DNA of 64,000 nucleotides from Geosiphon pyriformis uo1. Lineage: Eukaryota; Fungi; Glomeromycota. Below, one piece after another: positions 24,412-38,200 of this stretch. Both the position numbers and the translations under genes were made by a program. The stretch is from the NCBI GenBank assembly GCA_016748015.1, contig JAAOMT010000502.1:813894-877893 (forward strand), given 5' to 3'. Position 1 is the stretch's first letter; each line of letters opens with the position of its first letter. The notes under the pieces are model-generated. The model saw only the letters and a list, made by a program, of their open reading frames with translations. It was not told where the DNA came from and ran no database searches.

Positions 24412-27400
24412 TGTTATGGTTGAAACTTATACTTCTTATTAATTATCACATGTATTAGCCACTGATGTCACATAATTAGCCATTTTATTTTTAGAAAATA
24501 ATTATTGACCTGATTATTGACCTGACCATTTACTTGATCATTGACCACTTTTGATAGCTATATAAGCAATGAATTTTTTAGCTATAAAAAAACATGTAAG
24601 AATCAAAGAAAGAAAATAAATAAAATAACAACTTTTATCTCAATTATTCTCTTATTGCTAAATTTTTCTTTGCTTATCTTCAAGTATCTGAACATCTTGG
24701 AATAAAAAATTATTTGTTGGTTATTTCCTACCCTTTTTCTGAAATGTGTAATTGCAGCATTTGAAGATTATTGAATAAAATGTGACTGAAGAGTACATCT
24801 GATACCTAATATTGAATTTTAAGAGCATTGATGTGAAGCATAAAATTATACCAGTGTGTAATCATTTGTTGACAGTATGGACTATCCCTCTACCTTCAAA
24901 TTCTCTGAAAAGTATAGTAACTGAGATATTTTATAAGACTGATCTTATACATTAAATCCTTACTTATTCAATTCACTCCTTGAAGTTGAAATCTCTTTAA
25001 TTATTTCCATTACCCTACAATTCTGTTTTTTGTTGTTATATGTTAGCTTGTTACTCCAACTTGTAACATAAAAGTGGTGCTTCCTGTAAGGTTGTCAAAA
25101 TCCACTTTGTTTTTTATTGTATGGGTGATTATTTATACTTGCCACAACAATCAGAAGAACACTTTGAAGCATACAACAAAAACAATCTAAACTTTATTAA
25201 ACTCAATCCTTTGTCCTTCTGCTTGATTTGCTTTCCCATTGAAAAACAATCCAGTAAACAATTCCAAGACTTTTGGAACTGGTTCCTAAACAAGCATTTA
25301 GCTAAAATCTACACAGCTTATATACCTATTACTTTGACCAAAGACAACTTTAAAGAAAGAAATAACAGTATTTTTATACTCCACAACTTTTAAACAACAG
25401 CCCTCTAATTCTGAATACCTGAATTACCAAATTCACATCTGGATTGCTGCCCATCAGCTATTTGAAACCCCCTTTGAAACAAAAGAAGAAAGCTATCAAA
25501 CTGCTCCTGTTTTTAATCACTTTTCAAGTGAATTAGAACATTTCACAAAAACAGCTACTTCTAAACCAATGACTAATAATCCCATACAACAAAACATTTT
25601 GATCGTCTTTCAGGGCCTACAAACTGCTTTATGGTGAAGAAATAACACTCCACTATCTTTATTCAGAGGTAATGCACAAGATCCAATTAAATGGTTGAAT
25701 GACTTTAAAAGAGCTGCCACAGTCAATCAATATAATAATGAATATAAATTCCAAATTGTTGGTGGCTACTTCCAAGACAAGAAACCAATTCCAATGCTCA
25801 ACAAAGAATTATTAGATGGACACTGGCAAATGCTGGAAAAGATAACACCTCTTTTACTACTCAGTTTGAAATGAAATTTAGAACTCCTATCTTGATATCT
25901 AAATGACATATGGAATTAAAAAAAAGAATCCAAAATCCTGGTAAAGTTGTAACTAAGTATGCCAAAGCAATTAAAAAATTAATCAAGCAAGTAGATTCTG
26001 GAAGGAACTGAACAAAAGAGCAAAAGATTCATTTCTTTACAAAAGAATTAAGAACAGATTTGTCATATGCTCTTTGGCCTCTCCTGACACTGAAAGACAA
26101 TTCCACAATAAATATGGCCATTGAACTTGTCCAGAGAATAGAAGACAATTAAAGAATACACCTAGGATCTACACTTCCAGTTTTTGCTCTTGCTCCTGTT
26201 ATGGCTTCTGCTTCCCAAATGGCTGTTATCTCTTTTGCTGCCCAAACTCAAAATCCAAATTAATAGTTAATAGATAAACTCACAGCTAATCTTGCCCAGT
26301 TATTGGAACCCTTAGCCCAAGCAGTCAGAAAAAATCAACAATCCCAAAGATCCAGATTTGAACATCATTTTAATCAACCCCAACAACCCACTTATTAAAG
26401 ACAACAAAATTGTGGCCCACCTGTGTGTTACCACTGTGGATTAACTGGACATTTCTTACAATTCTCCTTTGCCACCTCCAGTTTCTGGAAACAATGATAA
26501 TCAAAACAACAGAACTATTAACAACAATATGCCAATATCAATTTCTTTGGAGAGGATCCCTTAGTTAAAGCTACTGTTTATCAGCTTTTAAACTAATAGA
26601 TATACCTTCAAAGGATAAACATACAAGTCAACCAGAAAAAAACCCCTTTTATGCCTTTAATCTAACTGATGATGACCATAATATGGATGAACTGACAATC
26701 AACACTTCTGACTTGACAAGAAAAAAGAAGAAAGCCAAGGTTGATTTCGTTCTAGATCCCAACAAAGCCTTAACTTCCACTGTTAATAACAATGAGCCAC
26801 CAAAGGCTAAAGTTTTTAAGAATCCTCCAAAGTTGGAACCCCCAGAAATTATACAAAAATCTGGACCCTATTCTGTTGTAAAAAATCTTATGGAAACCCC
26901 AGCACATATCACTTTTGGCCAGTTAATAACCCATCTACAGTTTAGGAAAGATCTTTGCAAATCATTAATTCCAAAGAAGAAGACTCCAAAACCAACAAGT
27001 GCCTTTGTCAAGCTGAACTTGCTGACAACAGCAATGTCACTCCTCTAATCTGCAAAGCCCAAGTAGCTGGTTACTTTATTGATCTGATCTTAGACAGTAG
27101 ATTATCTGTTAGTGTCATTGCCAAACACTTTAGAAAAAATTGGCAAAAAGATTGATAAATCATCAACAAGACCAATAACCAACATACATGGTGACAAAAA
27201 GAAAGATTTGGACATAGCCAAAGCTATTCCTGTCTGAATCAATGGCATCAGCATTGAAATTGACATGAAAGTATTTAAAGCAAAAGAATACACCATAATA
27301 GTTGGCAATAAATGGCTCAAAAAAGCAAAAGCCTTGCTTAATTATGAACTCTGTGAACTGACCATCAGATGTGGTAAAAAACCCATTGTAGTTAAATGTT

Positions 27401-27566
27401 GCCATTGGACAACTCCTCCAGTACCCAAACAAAGCCAAGAAGAAAAGCAATTAGATGAATCAGATGATAAAGAAAGTGATGAAAAAAATGAACAAGAAGA
27501 ACAAAAAGAAACTGCTGAACTTGCTTACACCATTTTTACTAGCAATGGCAAGTCATTTGATAATGT
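24412..27566 (+). mobile_element. Family A copy A5a (5' LTR 24412-25068, PBS, gag, protease), truncated by A6
   Basis: TGTTATGG...TGTAACA LTR; PBS TGGTGCTTCCTGTAAGG; gag ATG at 25121. Confidence 0.88.
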
Positions 27567-30500
27567 TGTTATGGGTTGAAGTAATAAGCTAACAAATAGC
27601 AAGGGAGAACAGAATTGTAGGGTGATGGAAATAATCAAAAAGGAATTCAACTTTAAAGAGCAAATTGAATGAGTATGGATTTAATGTGTAAGATTAGTCT
27701 CATAAAATATCTCAGTCACTATTCTTTTCAAAGGTAACTGGGGAATCTGAAGGTAGAGAAATAGTCCATATTGTCAACAATTGATCACCACTGGTATAAT
27801 TCTATGCCTTACATCAGCACTCTTAGAATTCAATATCAGGTATCAACTTGTGCTTTTCAGTCACGCTTATTCAAATAATCTTCAAATGCTACAATTAGAT
27901 ATGTCAGGAAAAGGCCAACAAGTAATCTTTTATCTTTAAAATGTTCAGATACTCTGAAGATAGGGAAAGGGAAATTAGTGATAAGAGAAAAATTGAGATG
28001 AAAGTTGTTATTTTATTTATTCTTGATTATTCAGATGCTTGTTATTACATGCTTTTCTATAGCTAAAAGATTCATCGCTTATATAGCTATCAAAAGTGGT
28101 CAATAATCAGGTCAATGATTACTATTTAAAAATAAGGTGGCTAATTATATGACATTAGTGGCTAATACATGTAATAATTAATAAAAACTATGAGTTTCAA
28201 CTGTAACATCATTCTCTCCAAAAAGATTGAGCTCTGGCAAAATCAAACTATTTAGGGAATACTCTATTTGAAGGGTTTTATCTAACTTAATACTAACTAG
28301 TTTGTTGAAGTCTTTTGTAAATAAGATATATAAAACTTGAGGCAAAATAAGCTTTGTGTTCAAGAAACCAAATCTTTGTATAAGAGTTTTGGCTCTTTTT
28401 GCAATAGTCAAAACTCTTGAGACATCTAATCGTACAATGTTCAAAATTTCCACTTGTATCTCTGAAGTTGTTTTCTTTATAAGCTTTATGTCTTCTATGA
28501 TTTCACCAAAACGACCGTAGAATTCTAGTTGTCTTCCATATGACAAGTTTTTGTCTATGGGCAAGATTTCTTTAATTGTTTTTCCAATTGTGATAGAAGG
28601 TGCAAGTATTGCTGCTATTATACTCTCTAGCAAATACTTATTTATTTTGCTACCAATTCTTTCTCTTCTGGTAGTTGTTTTCTTTGGTCTGATAACAGTA
28701 TGTGTTCTATTGTTGTCAATTATTGTAGTTTGTTTTCCAATGGTCAGAGTAGCATTTGGATAGTTTTTAATCCAATACTTATGAAGAGTATAGAAAGTGT
28801 TTTGAATGTTTTAATCTAGAAAATAATTGTTCATGTCAATTGAAGATACCTCTGTTTTGGGAGTAGTGCATTTATTTATATCTGATTTTTGCTGATTATT
28901 TGGGTCGGTATTACCATAACAGATAACCAATCAGATTGTTTGTGATATTTTTTGAGTCACGTGCCATGAACAAAACGATCATTAAAGATTGTTCCAGATT
29001 GATCTTGAAGAATATAAGAACCATTGTTCAGAACTTTGTTGACTATAAAGGGTTCTTTTCATTAGCTAGAGAATTTATCATCATAGACATTGTCTTTGTC
29101 TAAACAGTATTCCAAAACCAAGTTACCAATACTTAAGTGTTTTATGGGTTTTTTTTTTCTTAAGCTTCTCTTGGAACTGTTTTATCTTTTCAAAGACAAT
29201 TATTCATGCCTCTATCAATGAGTCAAGAATGGTACCAAGTCTTCTTTACAAAATGTTTTTGTAATTCCCTATTGTGATTTTTTCAAAGGGTATTATCTCA
29301 ATATTAGTTTCTATTGGTAGTGTTGCCATTCATCTATAGAGCAGGTAAAAAGGTTTATAACTTGTTATGTCATAATTCACAGTTCTATAAGCAAACAAAG
29401 CTGAAGGCAGTACTTTGTCTTATAAGTTTGTTTCTTTACTTGTTTTGCCTAAGGTTTCACACAGTGTTCTATTAAAACGTTCCACTAGGCCATTTGTTTG
29501 AGAGTAATAAGAGGAGGAAAGTTTGTGATGTATTCCCATTTTTCTACAAAGTTCTTCAACCAGTGTACTAAGAAAAGCTCTTTCTCTATCAGATAAAAGT
29601 TCTTTGGAGGAGCCATGACAACAAATAATATCTTCATAAATGAAATTAGCAATGAAAACTACTGTTTAATCTGGGGTGGCACTTACTTCTATCCACTTTG
29701 TAAGATAGTCAGTAGCTGTGATAATATATCTGTTGCCATCAGAAGTTACTGTTAATGGTCCAACAACATTTATACCAATTATGTCAAAGGGTTGGCCAAC
29801 AGAAATTGGATGGATGTCTTCTTTGCAATTGGGTTTTTTTCTTTTTTGGCAGGTATCACAAGTTTTGATGTACTCAGCAATATTTTTTCCCAAGGTAGGC
29901 CAATAATAGTGAGCTAAAGTTTTCTGAATTGTTTTTGTTTTTCCAAAGTGTTCAGCTAATGGATTAGTGTGTATGTTGTAGATCACAATTTCTCTTTCTT
30001 CAAATCTTATGACTCTTTGGGGGTGGTCAGGATCTTTTCTATTTCTTTTATATAATTGGTTCTGACAGATCAAATAAAAATTTGATTGTTTGTGCAAATG
30101 TTCTCTTTGCTGTCAAGTGTATTCTAGTGGATATTGTCCTTTACCTAAAAATTCCATTAAGACAGAGTAATTGTCCAAGTCCATTATTGTGTTTGGTTGT
30201 AAAAGAATTACTAATAATTAGGTTGGTTTGGTTTGGGAGATTGTACTGTCACTTGGTGGTAAGTCTGGAAAGAGCATTGGCATTTTGATTATTAGCTTTT
30301 TTATGGTGTTGAATATCATAATCGAATTCATCCAAGTAGAGTATCTAGTGGGTTATCTGTTTATGTTCTAGCCTTTTCTTGTTGCGCAGTCAAACCAAAG
30401 CTTGGTGATCTGTTACTACCAAAAACTTCACATCAAGGAGATACTTATCCCAGTAGTTAGTAGCCCAAACTACTGCTAAGCATTTCTGCTCAGTAACTAA

Positions 30501-33500
30501 ATAGTTTTTTTCTGCTGGTGTAAGAGTTCTACTGGCATAGATTATTGTATGTTCCCTGCCATCTTCATCTTTTTGTAAGAGAACAGCACCAAGTTCATAG
30601 CCAGATGCATCAGTGTGAAGGATGAAAGATTGATCCAGATTAGGTTGCTTAAGAATAAGTTCTGTAACCAATTTTTCTTTAAGAGTTTCAAATGCTTTCT
30701 GTTGATGTGTGCTCCAATAGTAGTTGACATTTTTCCTAAGTAGCTGATTGAGTGAAGAGGCAATTTTGGAGAAATCCTTAACAAATTTGCAATAATAGGA
30801 GGCCAAACCAAGGAAAGAATATAACTTATGAACATTCATTGGTTGTCTTATGTTCTGAACTTTTTCCACTTTGGCTGCATCAGAGAAGATTTTATCTTTA
30901 GTAATAAGATGGCCAAGAAATTAGGTGGATTGTCTTCCAAAGAAAGATTTAATTGGATTGATTTTGAGGCCTGCATTTCTAAAAAGATCAAAAACCTTTT
31001 GCAAATGTTCAAGGTATTCATTCCAGATTTTTAAGTACACCATTATATTGTCCAGATAGACCAGAACAAAGTTTTTTTTCACTGATTCAAATACTTTATC
31101 CATTAAGTATTGAAAGGTGGGAGGGGCATTGGTAAGACCAAAGACATGACTGTAAATTTATAGGTGCCATACTTGGTAATGAAGGCAGTTTTTTTCTGGC
31201 TTTCTGGATCCATCTCTACTTGCCAGAATCCAGCAGTTAGATTAATGGTTGAAAAGAAAGCAGCATCTTTGAATTGGTCCAGCATTGCATCAATTTTGGG
31301 AAGTGAGTACATGTCTCTTTTAGTGATGGCATTTAATTGGCAGTAGTCAACACAGAAGTGTAGGGTTCCACTTTTCTTGGATACCACTACAACTGGAAAA
31401 GCCCATTCACTCTTAGTTTTTTGTATGAATCCAAGTTCTTTCATCTGGTTTATTTCTTTCTTGATGAACTCATTATTTCAGCGATTGGATTAGTAAGGCT
31501 TTAAATGGATGGGGCAAGTTTCTCTGGTAGTAATAGTGTGTTGTATCACATGAGTTTGTCCTGGGCTATCATCTTCTTTTGAGATAACTGAGCTGTTTCT
31601 TGCCAACAGATTTTTAATGTCTATCTTTCTTTCTTCTGAAGAGGGTTCTTTTTGTTTTACTACTAATGATTGGATTTCAGGTGGTTCATTCTCAAAGAAC
31701 TTTTGTACTTCTTTTAATTCATCTCTAGGTATCAAACTGATTGGTTCCCAATCTTTGTAATAGATTAGGCATGATTTGCATTCATCACTTGGAGAATACA
31801 AGGGTTGGTTGCACCAGCACTGGGCACAAGAACCATATTACTAATAACAGTACTTGGCTTTCTTGCCAGGCTTTTGGTCAAAGGTTCTTCTAAGAATATC
31901 ATAGTAGGGCTAGCAGATCAGCTTGCCATTTACAATGATTTCTTTTTTGTCAGCTTTGACATTGTCTAGTGGCTTGCCATTGCTGATAAAGGTAGTGTAT
32001 GCAAGTTCAGTGGTTTCTTCTTGTTCCTTTTGTTCTTCTTCTTCATCACTTTCTTCATCATCTGATTCATCTGATTGTTCTTCTTTTTGATTTTGTTTGT
32101 TTGCTGGGGAAATTGTCCAATGATGGCATTTAACCACTATGGGCTTCTCACCACATCTGATGGTTAATTCACACAGTTTATAGTCAAGTAAGGCTTTTGC
32201 TTTCTTAAGCCACTTATTGCCAACAATGATGATGTATTCCTTTGCTTTAGAAATCTCCATATCAGTTTCAATGCTAATGCTATTGATGCGGACAGAAATA
32301 GCTTTGGCAATACGAAGAAATTTTTTTTTATTATCATGTATATTAGTTATAGGTCTGGTGGAAGGTTTGTCAATTTTTCTGTCAATTGCTTCTAAGAAAT
32401 GTTTGGCAATAACACTCATGGATGATCTACTGTTTAGGATCAAGTCAATGAAATAACCAGCCATTTGGGCTTTGCAAATTAAAGGAGTAATATTGCTGTT
32501 GTCAGCAAGTTTAGCTTGATGAGAGCATTTGTTGGTTTTTGGTATTTTCTTTTTAGGGATCAGAAATTTGCAAAAATATTTTCTAAACTGTGGATGGGTC
32601 ATCAGCTGGCCAAAAGTAATATGTGCTGGAGTTTCCATGAGATCTTTAACAACAGAATAAGGTCCAGATTTTTGTACTATTTCTGGGGGTTTTAGCTTTA
32701 GAAGATTCTTAAAAACTTTAGCCTTAGGTGGCTCATTATTATCAGCAGTTGATGTGAATGGTTTGTTTGAATTCAAAACAAAATCAACCTTGGCTTTCTT
32801 CTTCTTCCTTGTTGATTCTGTGGTGTTAATTGCTAGTTCATCCATGTTATGGTCATCATCAGTTAAGTTAAAGATATAAAAGGGGTTTTCTTCTAGTTGG
32901 CTTGCACTTTTACCCTTTGGAGGTGTGCCTACCAGTTTAAAGGCTGATAAACAGTGGCTTCAACTAGAGGATCCTCTCCAAAGAAGTTAATATTGGCATG
33001 ATTGGGTCTTTGATTAGAAGCATTATTGTTGATGGGTCTATTGTTTTAATTGTCATTATTTTTGGGGACTGGAGGAGGTAAAGGAGGATTGTTGCAATTT
33101 CTTAAGAAATGTCCAGTTAATTCACATTTATAACATACAAGAGGACCACGATTTTGTTGTCTTTGATAAGGAGATTGCTAGGGCTGATTAAAATGTAGTT
33201 CATATCTAAGTTTTTGTGGTTGTTAGTTATCTCTAACTGCTTGTGTCAAAGATTCTAATAACCAGACAAAATTGGTTGTGAGTCTATCAATTAATTGTTC
33301 ATTTGAATCTTGAGTTTGGGCAGCAAAAGAAGTAACAGCCATTTGAGGAGCAGGAATCATGACAGAAACAGGAGCAAAAACTGAAAATATAGACTCCAAA
33401 TGCATTCTTTGGTTGTCTTTAATTTGTTGGGCAAGTTCAATAGCCATGTTCATTGTAGAGTTATCTTTCAAAGCCAAGAGAGACCAAAAAGCATAAGATA

Positions 33501-35233
33501 AATCAGTTCTCAGTTCTTTTGTGAAGGAATGAATTTTTTGCTTTTCTGTCCAGTTCCTTCCAGAGTCTACACACTTGATCAATTTTCTGATTGCTTTGGC
33601 ATATTCAGTTACAACTTCATTAGGACCTTGGATTCTTTTTTCTAATTCCATGCACCACTTGGATATCAAGATTGAGATTCTGAACTTGTTTTCAAACCAG
33701 GTTGTAAAAGAGATGTTGTTTTCTCTGGCATTTGCTGGCATTTATCTAATGATTCTTTGATGGGCATTAACATCAGTTTCTTGTAAGAACCATGTAGCAG
33801 AGAAGCCTTGGAGGTAGCCACCAACAATTTGAAACTTGTACTCATCATCGTATTGGTTGGCTGTAGCAGCTCTCTCAAAGTCATCCAATCATTCAATTAG
33901 ATCTTAGACATTACCTCTGAATAATGGTAATGGGGTGTTGTTTCTTCACCCTAAAGCAGTCTGTATACCTTGAAGAGCAATTAGAATGTTTTGTTGCAAA
34001 GAGTTTTGAGCCATTGGTTCAGGTGTAACTGTTTGTGTGGAGTGTTCTGATTCACTTAAAAAGAGATCAAAAACAGGAGCAGTTTGATAGCTTTCTTCTT
34101 CTGTTTCAAGAAGAGTTTCTGTTGATTGATGGGCAGCAATCCAAATATGAATTTAATGATTCAGATATTCAAAATCAGGGGGCTGTTGTTCAAAGGTTGC
34201 AAAATATAAAAGCTGATTGATACTGTTGTTTTTTCCTTCAAAGTTGTCTTCAAAATAAGCTTGGTCAAAGTAATAGATTGTATAAGCTGTGTAGATTTCA
34301 GCTGAATGCTGGTTCAAGAACCAGTTCCAAAAGTCTTGGAATTGTCTACTGGATTGTTCTTCAATGGGGAAGCAGATCAAGCAGGAGGGCAGAGGATTAA
34401 GTTCAATGAAATCTAGGTCATTTCTATTGTGTGCTACAAAGTGTTCTTCTAATTGCTGTGACAGATATGAGTAATTACCCATACAATAAGGGAATAAGTG
34501 AATTTTAACAACCTCACAGAGAGCACCACTTTTATGTTATGGGTTGGAGTAACAAGCTAATGGATAGCAAGAAAGAACAGGATTGTAGAGTAATGAAAAT
34601 AATCAAAGAAAATTCAACTTCAATAAGCAAATTGAATGAGTATGGATTCAATGTGTGAGATCAGTCTCATAAAATATCTCAGTCACTATTTTTTTCAAAA
34701 GGTAACAAGAGAATCTAAAGGTAGAGGAATAGTCCATACTGTCAACAATTGATAACTGCTGGTATAATTCTATGCCTCATGTTGGCATTTTTAGAATTCA
34801 ATATCAGATATCAACTTGTGCTCTTCAGTTATGTTTATTCAAATAATCTTCAAATACTGTAATTACACGTTTTAGAAAAGTGGCAACAAGTAATTTTTTA
34901 TCCAAAAAATGTTCAGATACTTGAAAATAAAGAAAGAAAAATTAGCAATAAGAGAATGTTTGAGATAGAAGTTTGTTATTTTATTTCTTTGATTATCTTG
35001 ATTCCTTACATTGATATTTTTCTACAGCTAAGAGATTCATTACTTATATATCTATTAAAAGTAGTCAATGACCAGGTCAATGATCAGGTTAATGATCAAG
35101 TCAATGATTAGGTCAATGGTCAGGTTATTGATCAGGTTAATGATCACTATTTAAAAATAGGGTGGCTAATTATGTGACATCAGTGGTTAATACATGTAAT
35201 AACTAATAAAAACTATGGGTTTCAACCATAACA
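27567..35233 (-). mobile_element. Family A copy A6, two-LTR element (LTRs 27567-28208 and 34535-35233), probably recombinant
   Basis: LTR-PBS-gag-PR-RT-RH-INT-ORF3-LTR order; flanks ATGT versus TTAC do not match; the two LTRs are different subtypes. Confidence 0.9.
28178..28834 (-). pseudogene. Family A ORF3 copy in A6
   Basis: 657 nt, homologous to 47235-47891; ORF-track 28178-28633 is its open 3' part. Confidence 0.8.
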
Positions 35234-38200
35234 TTACAAAAGATGGAATCTTTTCTGACCCAGCCAAAGTTGAAAAAGTCTAGAACATTAAACAACCAAT
35301 AAATATACATAAACTACACTCTTTTCTTGGTTTGGCCTCTTATTATCACAAATTTGTTAAGGATTTCTTCAAAATTGCCACTCCACTCAATCAGCTACTC
35401 AGGAAAAATGTCAACTACCATTGGGACACATACCAACAAAAAGCTTTTGAAACTCTGAAAGAAAAACTAGTCACTGAATCAATTTTTAGGCAACCTGATC
35501 TAGATCGACCTTTCATTCTTCACACTGATACATTTGGCTATGGACTTGGAGCTGTCCTAGTCCAGAAAGATGAAGAAGGCAAAGAACATGCCATAGCATA
35601 TGCCAGTAGAACACTTATCCCAGCAGAACAGAACTACTTAGTGACTGAACAAAAATGTCTAACCATAGTCTGGTCTACTAGTTACTGAAGCAAATATCTT
35701 CTTGGTGCCAAATTCTTGGTAGTAACAGATCATCAAGTCTTGGTTTGGCTGCACAATAAAAAGAAGCTGGAACATAAATAGATAACTCACTGAATACTCC
35801 ACTTGGACAAATTTGACTATAACATTCAACACCACAAAGAAGCTAATTATCAAAATGCTAACACTCTCTCTAGACTTACCACCAAGTGATAGTACAACCT
35901 CCACAAACCAAACCAACCTAATTATTAGTAATTCTCTTATAAACAAACATGATAATGAACTTGGACAACTACTCTGCCTTAATGGAATTTTTGGGTAAAG
36001 GACAATACCCACCAGAATATACTCGACAGCAAAGAGAACATTTGCACAAACAATCAAATTTTTATTTGATACACCAGAACCAATTATACAAAAGAAATAG
36101 AAGAAATCCTGACTATCCTCAAAGAATCATAAGATTTGAAGAAAGAGAAATTGTGATTTATAACATGCACACTAATCCATTAACTAGACACTTTGGGAAA
36201 ACAAAAACAATTCAGAAAACACTAGCTCACTATTATTGGCCTACCTTGGAAAAAGACATTGCTGAGTACATCAAAACTTGTGATACCTGCCAAAGAAGAG
36301 GAAAACCCAATTGCAAAGAAAATATCTATTGTTACCAGTAGAATTTTAGCTATTAATTAGCATAAAATTATCCTTATAATTCCTATAATTAATCAGTATA
36401 TTAATATCATTTCAAATTATCATTTATTATTTAATTAATTATCACATATTATGATTCAATTAAAATAATCTAATTAGTATAACAGAAAGTAGAATGATCA
36501 AATTACACAATACTCTGAACTTTGTAACATTCAAAAATTCGCCGAAATTTACAGAAATTCGCCAAAATTTATAAGAAATTCGCCGAAATTATGAATAGTT
36601 CACCCAAATTAATCAATAGTTCAGCGAAATAACTTGTAGTTCATCAAAATGTATTTTTAGTTTGCTGAAATTTGAGCAAAGAGAAAAAGTGCAAATTCAT
36701 AGACTAGTACTACAACAAGTTGTATAAAAGAAGAGCTTTTCTCTTCTGGAAAATGTATCTTACTTTAGATTTATCTTTTAGAACCATTCCTATACACACA
36801 AAAAGAAATAAATATCAAATAATTCAAAAAACCAAATTTTTTAACTATTGCACTTGGAAAATCTCCAAAACCCAACTAACATTTCGAAATTGATTAGCTA
36901 CCAATTTCAGTAAACTGTTAGTGACTCCAGGCCTGAATAGAAAACGTTTCCCTTGACAGAATTCTATTTCTTTTATATTTCTTTTATTTTTCTTTTATTT
37001 TCTTATTACAATTATTAGGGTAGCCTACAGACAAGATTTCTGTAGAAGAGTTGACTTTCACAGCAAAGTAACTACACATTTTTAGTGAGCTTCCAGACGA
37101 GCAATTCCTGGGAAAGAGTTGACATTTACTACAACGTAACTACACAAAGTAACTGGCAAGAAATTGGCCATTCCACTTATAAGCCCAACAGTTCAAATTA
37201 TAGAAGATAATTTGAAGCTAAATTCAGTTATTGGAGGTTCAACTACTTCTAGAAAACATGAATTTGCAACCAACAGACAGTTATAACATTCAAGAAAAGA
37301 GACCAAAAACCTCCAGTAACACTATCCAATCTCTGTTGGCCAACCATTTAACAGAATTGGTATAGATGTTGTTGGACCCTTAATAGTAACTCTTGATAGC
37401 AACAGATACATTATCACAGCTACTGACTATCTTACAAAGTGGGTAAAAGCAAGAGCAATCCCAGATCAAACAGCAGTTTCAATAGCCAATTTTATTTATG
37501 AAGATATTATTTGTCACCATGGCTGTTCCAAAGAACTATTATCTAATAAAAAAAGAGCTTTTCTCAATACATTAGTTAAAGAACTTTGTAGAAAAATGGG
37601 AATATGTCACAAACTTTCCTTCTCTTATCACCCCCAAATAAATGGCCTAGTGGAACATTTTAATAGAACACTGTGTGAAACCTTAGCCAAAACAAGTGAA
37701 AAAACAAACTTATGGAACAAAGTACTGTCTTCAGCTTTGTTTGCTTACAAAACTGTAAATTATGACATAACAAGTTATGAACCTTTTTATCTATTCTATG
37801 AATGTATGGCAACACTACCAATAGAACTAACATTGAGACAATTTTTTTTGAAGAAATTACAATAGAGAATTACAAAGACATTTTACAAAGAAGACTTGGT
37901 ATTATTCTTGACTCATTGGTAGAAGCATGGATAATTGTCTTTGAAAAGATAAAGCAGTTCCAAGAAAAACTTAAGAAAAAGAAAACTTATAAAACATTTT
38001 TCTTAAGTATTGGTGACTTGGTACTAGAATACTGTTCTGACAGAGACAATGTTTATGGTAATAAATTCTCTAGCCAGTGGAAAGAACCCTTTATAGTCAA
38101 CAAAGTTTTGAACAATGGTTCTTATATTCTTCAAGATTAATTTGAAACAATCTTCAATAATCATCTTGTTCATGACACATGACTCAAAAAATATTACAAA

